NCBI GenBank assembly: GCA_964016885.1
Contig: OZ024744.1
Location: 55,986,001 to 56,050,000, forward strand
From: Eledone cirrhosa
Taxonomy: Eukaryota
Direction of reading: 5' to 3'
Length of the DNA stretch: 64,000 nucleotides
Under the pieces are notes generated by a model that saw nothing but the letters and a program-made list of their open reading frames with translations, did not search any database and was not told where the DNA came from. A program made the position numbers and the translations under genes. Positions 1 through 12,100 of this stretch are shown in pieces (within the stretch, counting starts at the first letter, position 1; each line of letters starts with the position of its first letter).

Positions 1-3000
1 TTGATCTGGTACTGATAGATAGGTGGACTGTGGTCTCAGACTGAACTATATTGATCTGGTACTGACAGCTAGGTGGACTGTAGTCTGAGACTGAACTATA
101 TTGATCTGGTACTGACAGCTAGGTGGACTGTGGTCTGGGACTAAACTATATTGATCTAGTACTGACAGCTAGGTGGACTGTGGTCAGAGACTGAACTATA
201 TTGATCCGGTACTGACAGCTAGGTGGACTGTGGTCTGAGACTGAACTATATTGATCTGGTACTGACACCTAGGTGGACTGTGGTCTGAGACTGAACTATA
301 TTGATCTAGTACTGACAGCTAGGTGGACTGTGGTCTGTGACTGAACTATATTGATCTGGTACTGACAGCTAGGTGGACTGTGGTCTGAGACTGAACTATA
401 TTGATCTGGTACTGACAGCTCTGGTGGACTGTGGTCTGAGACTGAACTATATTGATCTAGTACTGACAGCTAGGTGGACTGTGGTCTGAGACTGAACTAT
501 ATTGATCTGGTACTGATAGCTTGGTGGACTGTGGTCTGTGACTGAACTATATTGATCTGGTACTGACAGCTTGGTGGACTGTGGTCTGAGACTGAACTAT
601 ATTGATCTGGCACTGACAGCTAGGTGGACTGTGGTCTGTGACTGAACTATATTGATCTGGTACTGACAGGTAGGTGGACTGTGGTCTGAGACTGAACTAT
701 ATTGATCTGGTAGTGATAGATAGGTGGACTGTGGTCTCAGACTGAACTATATTGATCTGGTACTGACAGCTAGGTGGACTGTAGTCTGAGACTGAACTAT
801 ATTGATCTGGTACTGACAGCTAGGTGGACTGTGGTCTGAGACTGAACTATATTGATCTAGTACTGACAGCTAGGTGGACTGTGGTCTGAGACTGAACTAT
901 ATTGATCCGGTACTGACAGCTAGGTAGACTGTGGTCTGTGACTGAACTATATTGATCTGGTACTGACAGCTAGGTGGACTGATGTCTGAGACAGAACTAT
1001 ATTGATCTGGTAATGACTGCTAGGTAGACTGTGGTCTGTGACTGAACTATATTGATCTGGTACTGACAGCTAGGTAGACTGTGGTGTGAGACTGAACTAT
1101 ATTGATCTGTTACCTTACATTGACAGCTAGCTGGACTGTGGTCAGAGACTGAATTATATTGATCTGGTACTGACAGCTAGGTAGACTGGTGGATTGTGGT
1201 CTGTGACTGAACTATATTGATCTGGTACTGACAGCTAGGTAGCTTGGTGGACTGTGGTCTGTGACTGAACTATATTGATCTGGTACTGACAGCTTGGTGG
1301 ACTGTGGTCTGAGACTGAACTATATTCATCTAGTACTGACAGCTAGGTGGATTGTGGTCTGAGACTGAACTATATTGATCTGGTACTGACAGCTATGTGG
1401 ACTGTCATCTGTGACTGAACTATATTGATCTGTTACTGACAGCTAGGTAGACTGTGGTCTGTGACTGAACTATATTGATCTGGTACTGACAGCTAGGTAG
1501 ATTTTGGTCTGGGACTGAACTATATTGATCTGGTAGCTTACATTGACAGCTAGGTAGACTGTGATCTGTCACTGAACCACATTGATCTTGTACCTTACAT
1601 TGACAGCTAGGTAGTCCGTGGTCTGTGACTGAACTGTATTAATCAGGTACTGACAGCTAGGTGGACTGTGGTGTGAGACTGAACTATATTGATCTGGTAC
1701 CTTACATTGACAGCTAGGTAGACTGTGGTCTGTGACTGAATTATATTGATCTGGTACCTTACACTGACAGCTAAGTAGACTATGGTCTGTGACTGAATTA
1801 TATTGATCTGGTACCTTACATTGACAGCTAGGTGGAGTGTGGTCTGAGACTGAACTATATTGATCTGGTACTGACAGAGAGGTAGACTGTGGTGTGAGAC
1901 TGAACTATATTGATCTGGTACCTTTCATTGACAGCTAGGTAGACTCTGGTCTGAGACTGAACTATATTGATCTGGTACTGATAGCTTGGTGGACTGTGGT
2001 CTGTGACTGAACTACATTGATCTGGTACTAATAGCTAGGTGGACTGTGGTCTGAGAATGAAGTATATTGATCTGATACTGATAGCTAGGTGGACTGTGGT
2101 CTGAGATTGAACTATATTGATCTGGTACAGATAGCTTGGTGGACTGTGGTCTGAGACTGAACTATATTGATCTAGTACTGACATCTAGCTGGACTATGGT
2201 CTGTGACTGAACTATATTGATCCGGTACTGATAGCTAAGTGGACTGTGGTCTGTGACTGAACTATATTGATCCGGTACTGATAGCTAAGTGGACTGTGGT
2301 CTGAGACTTAACTATATTGATCTGGTACCTTACATTGACAGTTAGGTAGACTGTGGTCAGAGGCTGAATTATATTGATCTGGTACTGACAGCTAGGTAGA
2401 CTGTGGTCTGAGACTGAACTATATTGATCTGGTACTGACAGCTAGGTGGACTGTGGTCTGTGACTGAACTATATTGATCTGGTACTGACAGCTAGGTAGA
2501 CTGTGGTCTGAGACTGAACTATATTGATCTGGTACCTTACATTGACAGCTAGGTAGACTGTGGTCTGTGACTGAACTATATTGATCTGGTACTGACAGCT
2601 AGGTGGACTGTGGTCTGAGACTGAACTATATTGATCTGGTACTGACAGCTAGGTAGACTGTGGTCTGAGACTGAACTATATTGATCTGGTACTGACAGCT
2701 AGGTGGATTGTGGTCTGTGACTGAACTATATTGATGTGGTACTGACAGCTAGGTGGACTGTGGTCTGAGACTGAACTATATTGATCTGGTACCTTACATT
2801 GACAGCTAGGTAGACTGTGGTCTGTGACTGAATTATATTGATCTGGTACTGATAGCTTGGTGGACTGTGGTCTGTGACTGAACTATATTGATCTGGTACT
2901 GACAGCTTGGTGGACTGTGGTCTGAGACTGAACTATATTGATCTGGTACTGACAGCTAGGTGGACTGTGGTCTGTGACTGAACTATATTGATCTGGTACT

Positions 3001-6000
3001 GACAGCTAGGTGGACTGTGGTCTGAGACTGAACTATATTGATCTGGTACCTTACATTGACAGCTAGGTAGACTGTGGTCTGTGACTGAATTATATTGATC
3101 TGGTACTGATAGCTTGGTGGACTGTGGTCTGTGACTGAACTATATTGATCTGGTACTGACAGCTTGGTGGACTGTGGTCTGAGACTGAACTATATTGATC
3201 TGGTACTGACAGCTAGGTGGACTGTGGTCTGTGACTGAACTATATTGATCTGGTACCTTACATTGACAGCTAGTTAGACTGTGGTCTGAGACTGAACTAT
3301 ATTGATCTGGTACTGATAGATAGGTGGACTGTGGTCTCAGACTGAACTATATTGATCTGGTACTGACAGCTAGGTGGACTGTAGTCTGAGACTGAACTAT
3401 ATTGATCTGGTACTGACAGCTAGGTGGACTGTGGTCTGGGACTAAACTATATTGATCTAGTACTGACAGCTAGGTGGACTGTGGTCAGAGACTGAACTAT
3501 ATTGATCCGGTACTGACAGCTAGGTGGACTGTGGTCTGAGACTGAACTATATTGATCTGGTACTGACACCTAGGTGGACTGTGGTCTGAGACTGAACTAT
3601 ATTGATCTAGTACTGACAGCTAGGTGGACTGTGGTCTGTGACTGAACTATATTGATCTGGTACTGACAGCTAGGTGGACTGTGGTCTGAGACTGAACTAT
3701 ATTGATCTGGTACTGACAGCTCTGGTGGACTGTGGTCTGAGACTGAACTATATTGATCTAGTACTGACAGCTAGGTGGACTGTGGTCTGAGACTGAACTA
3801 TATTGATCTGGTACTGATAGCTTGGTGGACTGTGGTCTGTGACTGAACTATATTGATCTGGTACTGACAGCTTGGTGGACTGTGGTCTGAGACTGAACTA
3901 TATTGATCTGGCACTGACAGCTAGGTGGACTGTGGTCTGTGACTGAACTATATTGATCTGGTACTGACAGGTAGGTGGACTGTGGTCTGAGACTGAACTA
4001 TATTGATCTGGTAGTGATAGATAGGTGGACTGTGGTCTCAGACTGAACTATATTGATCTGGTACTGACAGCTAGGTGGACTGTAGTCTGAGACTGAACTA
4101 TATTGATCTGGTACTGACAGCTAGGTGGACTGTGGTCTGAGACTGAACTATATTGATCTAGTACTGACAGCTAGGTGGACTGTGGTCTGAGACTGAACTA
4201 TATTGATCCGGTACTGACAGCTAGGTAGACTGTGGTCTGTGACTGAACTATATTGATCTGGTACTGACAGCTAGGTGGACTGATGTCTGAGACAGAACTA
4301 TATTGATCTGGTAATGACTGCTAGGTAGACTGTGGTCTGTGACTGAACTATATTGATCTGGTACTGACAGCTAGGTAGACTGTGGTGTGAGACTGAACTA
4401 TATTGATCTGTTACCTTACATTGACAGCTAGCTGGACTGTGGTCAGAGACTGAATTATATTGATCTGGTACTGACAGCTAGGTAGACTGGTGGATTGTGG
4501 TCTGTGACTGAACTATATTGATCTGGTACTGACAGCTAGGTAGCTTGGTGGACTGTGGTCTGTGACTGAACTATATTGATCTGGTACTGACAGCTTGGTG
4601 GACTGTGGTCTGAGACTGAACTATATTCATCTAGTACTGACAGCTAGGTGGATTGTGGTCTGAGACTGAACTATATTGATCTGGTACTGACAGCTATGTG
4701 GACTGTCATCTGTGACTGAACTATATTGATCTGTTACTGACAGCTAGGTAGACTGTGGTCTGTGACTGAACTATATTGATCTGGTACTGACAGCTAGGTA
4801 GATTTTGGTCTGGGACTGAACTATATTGATCTGGTAGCTTACATTGACAGCTAGGTAGACTGTGATCTGTCACTGAACCACATTGATCTTGTACCTTACA
4901 TTGACAGCTAGGTAGTCCGTGGTCTGTGACTGAACTGTATTAATCAGGTACTGACAGCTAGGTGGACTGTGGTGTGAGACTGAACTATATTGATCTGGTA
5001 CCTTACATTGACAGCTAGGTAGACTGTGGTCTGTGACTGAATTATATTGATCTGGTACCTTACACTGACAGCTAAGTAGACTATGGTCTGTGACTGAATT
5101 ATATTGATCTGGTACCTTACATTGACAGCTAGGTGGAGTGTGGTCTGAGACTGAACTATATTGATCTGGTACTGACAGAGAGGTAGACTGTGGTGTGAGA
5201 CTGAACTATATTGATCTGGTACCTTTCATTGACAGCTAGGTAGACTCTGGTCTGAGACTGAACTATATTGATCTGGTACTGATAGCCTGGTGGACTGTGG
5301 TCTGTGACTGAACTACATTGATCTGGTACTAATAGCTAGGTGGACTGTGGTCTGAGAATGAAGTATATTGATCTGATACTGATAGCTAGGTGGACTGTGG
5401 TCTGAGATTGAACTATATTGATCTGGTACAGATAGCTTGGTGGACTGTGGTCTGAGACTGAACTATATTGATCTAGTACTGACATCTAGCTGGACTATGG
5501 TCTGTGACTGAACTATATTGATCCGGTACTGATAGCTAAGTGGACTGTGGTCTGTGACTGAACTATATTGATCCGGTACTGATAGCTAAGTGGACTGTGG
5601 TCTGAGACTTAACTATATTGATCTGGTACCTTACATTGACAGTTAGGTAGACTGTGGTCAGAGGCTGAATTATATTGATCTGGTACTGACAGCTAGGTAG
5701 ACTGTGGTCTGAGACTGAACTATATTGATCTGGTACTGACAGCTAGGTGGACTGTGGTCTGTGACTGAACTATATTGATCTGGTACTGACAGCTAGGTAG
5801 ACTGTGGTCTGAGACTGAACTATATTGATCTGGTACCTTACATTGACAGCTAGGTAGACTGTGGTCTGTGACTGAACTATATTGATCTGGTACTGACAGC
5901 TAGGTGGACTGTGGTCTGAGACTGAACTATATTGATCTGGTACTGACAGCTAGGTAGACTGTGGTCTGAGACTGAACTATATTGATCTGGTACTGACAGC

Positions 6001-6150
6001 TAGGTGGATTGTGGTCTGTGACTGAACTATATTGATGTGGTACTGACAGCTAGGTGGACTGTGGTCTGAGACTGAACTATATTGATCTGGTACCTTACAT
6101 TGACAGCTAGGTAGACTGTGGTCTGTGACTGAATTATATTGATCTGGTAC
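1..6150 (+). repeat. Domain A: near-identical duplication, 1-2849 vs 3302-6150 (period 3301 bp, 64 monomers, poor in long monomers)
   Basis: Private variants recur at +3301: GATAGATAGG..TCTCAG (1/3302), the 51-bp monomer GCTCTGGTGG (~420/~3721), two 58-bp monomers (1161-1276/4462-4577) and GAACCACATTG (~1574/~4875). 3301 = 49x50 + 12x57 + 51 + 2x58, and 12 long monomers were counted. One difference was noticed (T/C at ~1986/5287). Confidence 0.93.
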
Positions 6151-9100
6151 CTTACATTGACAGCTAGGTAGACTATGGTCTGTGACTGAATTATATTGAT
6201 CTGGTACCTTACATTGACAGCTAGGTGGACTGTGGTCTGAGACTGAACTATATTGATCTGGTACTGACAGAGAGGTGGACTGTGGTCTGAGACTGAACTA
6301 TATTGATCTGGTACCTTACATTGACAGCTAGGTGGACTGTGGTCTGTGACTGAACTATATTGATCTGGTACTGATAGCTTGGTGGACTGTGGTGTGAGAC
6401 TGAACTATATTGATCTGGTACCTTACATTGACAGCTAGGTAGACTGTGGTCTGTGACTGAATTATATTGATCTGGTACCTTACATTGACAGCTAGGTAGA
6501 CTATGGTCTGTGACTGAATTATATTGATCTGGTACCTTACATTGACAGCTAGGTAGACTATGGTCTGAGACTGAACTATATTGATCTGGTACTGACAGCT
6601 AGGTGGACTGTGGTCTGAGACTGAACTATATTGATCTGGTACTGACAGCTAGGTGGACTGTGGTCTGTGACTGAACTATATTGATCTGGTACTGACAGCT
6701 AGGTGGACTGTGGTCTGAGACTGAACTATATTGATCTGTTACTGACAGCTAGCTCGACTGTGGTCTGAGACTGAACTATATTGATCTGGTACTGACAGCT
6801 AGGTGGACTGTGGTCTTTGACTGAACTATATTGATGTGGTACTGACAGCTAGGTGGACTGTGGTCTGTGACTGAACTATATTGATCTGGTACTGACAGCT
6901 AGGTGCACTGTGGTCTGAGACTGAACTATATTGATCTGGTACCTTACATTGACAGCTAGGTAGACTGTGGTCTGAGACTGAACTATATCGATCTGTTAAT
7001 GACAGCTAGGTGGACTGTGGTCTGAGACTGAACTATATTGATCTGTTACTGACAGCTAGGTGGACTGTGGTCTGAGACTGAACTATATTGATCTGGTACT
7101 AACAGCTAGGTGGACTGTGGTCTGTGACTGAACTATATTGATCTGTGACTGACAGCTAGGTAGACTGTGGTCTGTGACTGAAATATATTGATCTGGTACT
7201 GACAGCTAGGTGGACTGTGGTTTGAGACTGAACTATATTGATCTGGTACCTTACATTGACAGCTAGGTAGACTGTGGTCTGAGACTGAACTATATTGATG
7301 TGGTACTGACAGCTAGGTCTACTGTAGTCTGAGACTGAACTATATTGATCTGGTACTGACAGCTAGGTAGACTGTGGGCTGAGACTGAACTATATTGATC
7401 TGGTACTGACAGCTAGGTAGACTGTGGTCTGTGACTGAACTATATTGATCTGGTACCTTACATTGACAGCTAGGTGGACTGTGGTCTGAGAGTGAACTAT
7501 ATTGATCTGGTACCTTACATTGACAGCTAGGTGGACTGTGGTCTGAGACTGAACTATATTGATCTGGTACTGACAGCCAGGTAGACTGTGGTCTGTGACT
7601 GAACTATATTGATCTGGTACCTTACATTGACAGCTAGGTGGACTGTGGTCTGAGACTGAACTATATTGATCTGGTACCTTACATTGACAGCTCAGTGGAC
7701 TGTGGTCTGAGACTGAACTATATTGATCTGGTACCTTACATTGACAGCTAGGTGGACTGTGGTCTGAGACTGAACTATATTGATCTGGTACTTTACATTG
7801 ACAGCTAGGTGGACTGTGGTCTGTGACTGAACTATATTGATCTGGTACCTTACATTGACAGCTAGGTGGACTGTGGTCTGAGACTGTACTATATTGATCT
7901 GGTATCTTACATTGACAGCTAGGTGGACTGTGGTCTGAGAATGAACTATATTGATCTGGTACCTTACATTGACAGATAGGTGGACTGTGGTCTGAGACTG
8001 AACTATGTTGATCTGGTACTGACAGCTAGCTCGACTGTGGTCTGAGACTGAACTATATTGATCTGGCACTGACAGCTAGGTGGACTGTGGTCTGAGACTG
8101 AACTATACTGATATGGTACCTATTACTGACAGCTAGGTGGACTGTGGTCTGAGACTGAAGTATATTGATCTGGTACCTTACGTTGACCGCTAGGTGGACT
8201 GTGGTCTGAGACTGAACTATATTGATCTGGTACCTTACATTGACAGCTAGGTAGACTGTGGTCTGTGACTGAACTATATTGATGTGGTACTGACAGCTAG
8301 GTGGACTGTGGTCTGAGACTGAACTATATTGATCTGGTACCTTACATTGACAGCTAGGTAGACTGTGGTCTGTGACTGAATTATATTGATCTGGTACCTT
8401 ACATTGACAGCTAGGTAGACTATGGTCTGTGACTGAATTATATTGATCTGGTACCTTACATTGACAGCTAGGTGGACTGTGGTCTGAGACTGAACTATAT
8501 TGATCTGGTACTGACAGAGAGGTGGATTGTGGTCTGAGACTGAACTATATTGATCTGGTACCTTACATTGACAGCTAGGTGGACTGTGGTCTGTGACTGA
8601 ACTATATTGATCTGGTACTGATAGCTTGGTGGACTGTGGTGTGAGACTGAACTATATTGATCTGGTACCTTACATTGACAGCTAGGTAGACTGTGGTCTG
8701 TGACTGAATTATATTGATCTGGTACCTTACATTGACAGCTAGGTAGACTATGGTCTGTGACTGAATTATATTGATCTGGTACCTTACATTGACAGCTAGG
8801 TGGACTGTCGTCTGAGACTGAACTATATTGATCTGGTACTGACAGAGAGGTGGACTGTGGTCTGAGACTGAACTATATTGATCTGGTACCTTACATTGAC
8901 AGCTAGGTGGACTGTGGTCTGTGACTGAACTATATTGATCTGGTACTGATAGCTTGGTGGACTGTGGTGTGAGACTGAACTATATTGATCTGGTACCTTA
9001 CATTGACAGCTAGGTAGACTGTGGTCTGTGACTGAATTATATTGATCTGGTACCTTACATTGACAGCTAGGTAGACTATGGTCTGTGACTGAATTATATT

Positions 9101-12100
9101 GATCTGGTACCTTACATTGACAGCTAGGTGGACTGTGGTCTGAGACTGAACTATATTGATCTGGTACTGACAGCTAGGTGGACTGTGGTCTGAGACTGAA
9201 CTATATTGATCTGGTACTGACAGCTAGGTGGACTGTGGTCTGTGACTGAACTATATTGATCTGGTACTGACAGCTAGGTGGACTGTGGTCTGAGACTGAA
9301 CTATATTGATCTGTTACTGACAGCTAGCTCGACTGTGGTCTGAGACTGAACTATATTGATCTGGTACTGACAGCTAGGTGGACTGTGGTCTTTGACTGAA
9401 CTATATTGATGTGGTACTGACAGCTAGGTGGACTGTGGTCTGTGACTGAACTATATTGATCTGGTACTGACAGCTAGGTGGACTGTGGTCTGAGACTGAA
9501 CTATATTGATCTGGTACCTTACATTGACAGCTAGGTAGACTGTGGTCTGAGACTGAACTATATTGATCTGTTAATGACAGCTAGGTGGACTGTGGTCTGA
9601 GACTGAACTATATTGATCTGTTACTGACAGCTAGGTGGACTGTGGTCTGAGACTGAACTATATTGATCTGGTACCTTACATTGACAGCTAGGTAGACTGT
9701 GGTCTGTGACTGAATTATATTGATCTGGTACCTTACATTGACAGCTAGGTAGACTATGGTCTGTGACTGAATTATATTGATCTGGTACCTTACATTGACA
9801 GCTAGGTGGACTGTGGTCTGAGACTGAACTATATTGATCTGGTACTGACAGAGAGGTGGACTGTGGTCTGAGACTGAACTATATTGATCTGGTACCTTAC
9901 ATTGACAGCTAGGTGGACTGTGGTCTGTGACTGAACTATATTGATCTGGTACTGATAGCTTGGTGGACTGTGGTGTGAGACTGAACTATATTGATCTGGT
10001 ACCTTACATTGACAGCTAGGTAGACTGTGGTCTGTGACTGAATTATATTGATCTGGTACCTTACATTGACAGCTAGGTAGACTATGGTCTGTGACTGAAT
10101 TATATTGATCTGGTACCTTACTTTGACAGCTAGGTGGACTGTGGTCTGAGACTGAACTATATTGATCTGGTACTGACAGCTAGGTGGACTGTGGTCTGAG
10201 ACTGAACTATATTGATCTGGTACTGACAGCTAGGTGGACTGTGGTCTGTGACTGAACTATATTGATCTGGTACTGACAGCTAGGTGGACTGTTGTCTGAG
10301 ACTGAACTATATTGATCTGTTACTGACAGCTAGCTCGACTGTGGTCTGAGACTGAACTATATTGATCTGGTACTGACAGCTAGGTGGACTGTGGTCTTTG
10401 ACTGAACTATATTGATGTGGTACTGACAGCTAGGTGGACTGTGGTCTGTGACTGAACTATATTGATCTGGTACTGACAGCTAGGTGGACTGTGGTCTGAG
10501 ACTGAACTATATTGATCTGGTACCTTACATTGACAGCTAGGTAGACTGTGGTCTGAGACTGAACTATATTGATCTGTTAATGACAGCTAGGTGGACTGTG
10601 GTCTGAGACTGAACTATATTGATCTGTTACTGACAGCTAGGTGGACTGTGGTCTGAGACTGAACTATATTGATCTGGTACTAACAGCTAGGTGGACTGTG
10701 GTCTGTGACTGAACTATATTGATCTGTGACTGACAGCTAGGTAGACTGTGGTCTATGACTGAACTATATTGGTCTGGTACTGACAGCTAGGTGGACTGTG
10801 GTCTGAGACTGAACTATATTGATCTGGTACCTTACATTGACAGCTAGGTAGACTGTGGTCTGAGACTGAACTATATTGATGTGGTACTGACAGCTAGGTC
10901 TACTGTAGTCTGAGACTGAACTATATTGATCTGGTACTGACAGCTAGGTAGACTGTGGGCTGAGACTGAACTATATTGATCTGGTACTGACAGCTAGGTA
11001 GACTGTGGTCTGTGACTGAACTATATTGATCTGGTACCTTACATTGACAGCTAGGTGGACTGTGGTCTGAGAGTGAACTATATTGATCTGGTACCTTACA
11101 TTGACAGCTAGGTGGACTGTGGTCTGAGACTGAACTATATTGATCTGGTACTGACAGCCAGGTAGAGTGTGGTCTGTGATTGAACTATATTGATCTGGTA
11201 CCTTACATTGACAGCTAGGTGGACTGTGGTCTGAGACTGAACTATATTGATCTGGTACCTTACATTGACAGCTCAGTGGACTGTGGTCTGAGACTGAACT
11301 ATATTGATCTGGTACCTTACATTGACAGCTAGGTGGACTGTGGTCTGAGACTGAACTATATTGATCTGGTACTTTACATTGACAGCTAGGTGGACTGTGG
11401 TCTGTGACTGAACTATATTGATCTGGTACCTTACATTGACAGCTAGGTGGACTGTGGTCTGAGACTGTACTATATTGATCTGGTATCTTACATTGACAGC
11501 TAGGTGGACTGTGGTCTGAGAATGAACTATATTGATCTGGTACCTTACATTGACAGATAGGTGGACTGTGGTCTGAGACTGAACTATGTTGATCTGGTAC
11601 TGACAGCTAGCTCGACTGTGGTCTGAGACTGAACTATATTGATCTGGCACTGACAGCTAGGTGGACTGTGGTCTGAGACTGAACTATACTGATATGGTAC
11701 CTATTACTGACAGCTAGGTGGACTGTGGTCTGAGACTGAAGTATATTGATCTGGTACCTTACGTTGACCGCTAGGTGGACTGTGGTCTGAGACTGAACTA
11801 TATTGATCTGGTACCTTACATTGACAGCTAGGTAGACTGTGGTCTGAGACTGAACTATATTGATCTGTTAATGACAGCTAGGTGGACTGTGGTCTGAGAC
11901 TGAACTATATTGATCTGTTACTGACAGCTAGGTGGACTGTGGTCTGAGACTGAACTATATTGATCTGGTACTAACAGCTAGGTGGACTGTGGTCTGTGAC
12001 TGAACTATATTGATCTGTGACTGACAGCTAGGTAGACTGTGGTCTGTGACTGAACTATATTGATCTGGTACTGACAGCTAGGTGGACTGTGGTCTGAGAC

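Noticed and set aside
10-26. Splice-like motifs (TACTGAC/TACTAAC branch point, CAG, AG|GT; minus-strand GTAAG in long monomers)
   Set aside because: There is no polypyrimidine tract and the spacing is implausibly short. A chance short motif is simply multiplied by the repeat.
68-76. Chi-like or minisatellite-core-like GCTAGGTGG
   Set aside because: It is not an exact Chi (GCTGGTGG), and Chi is specific to bacterial RecBCD. The resemblance does not demonstrate a recombination signal.
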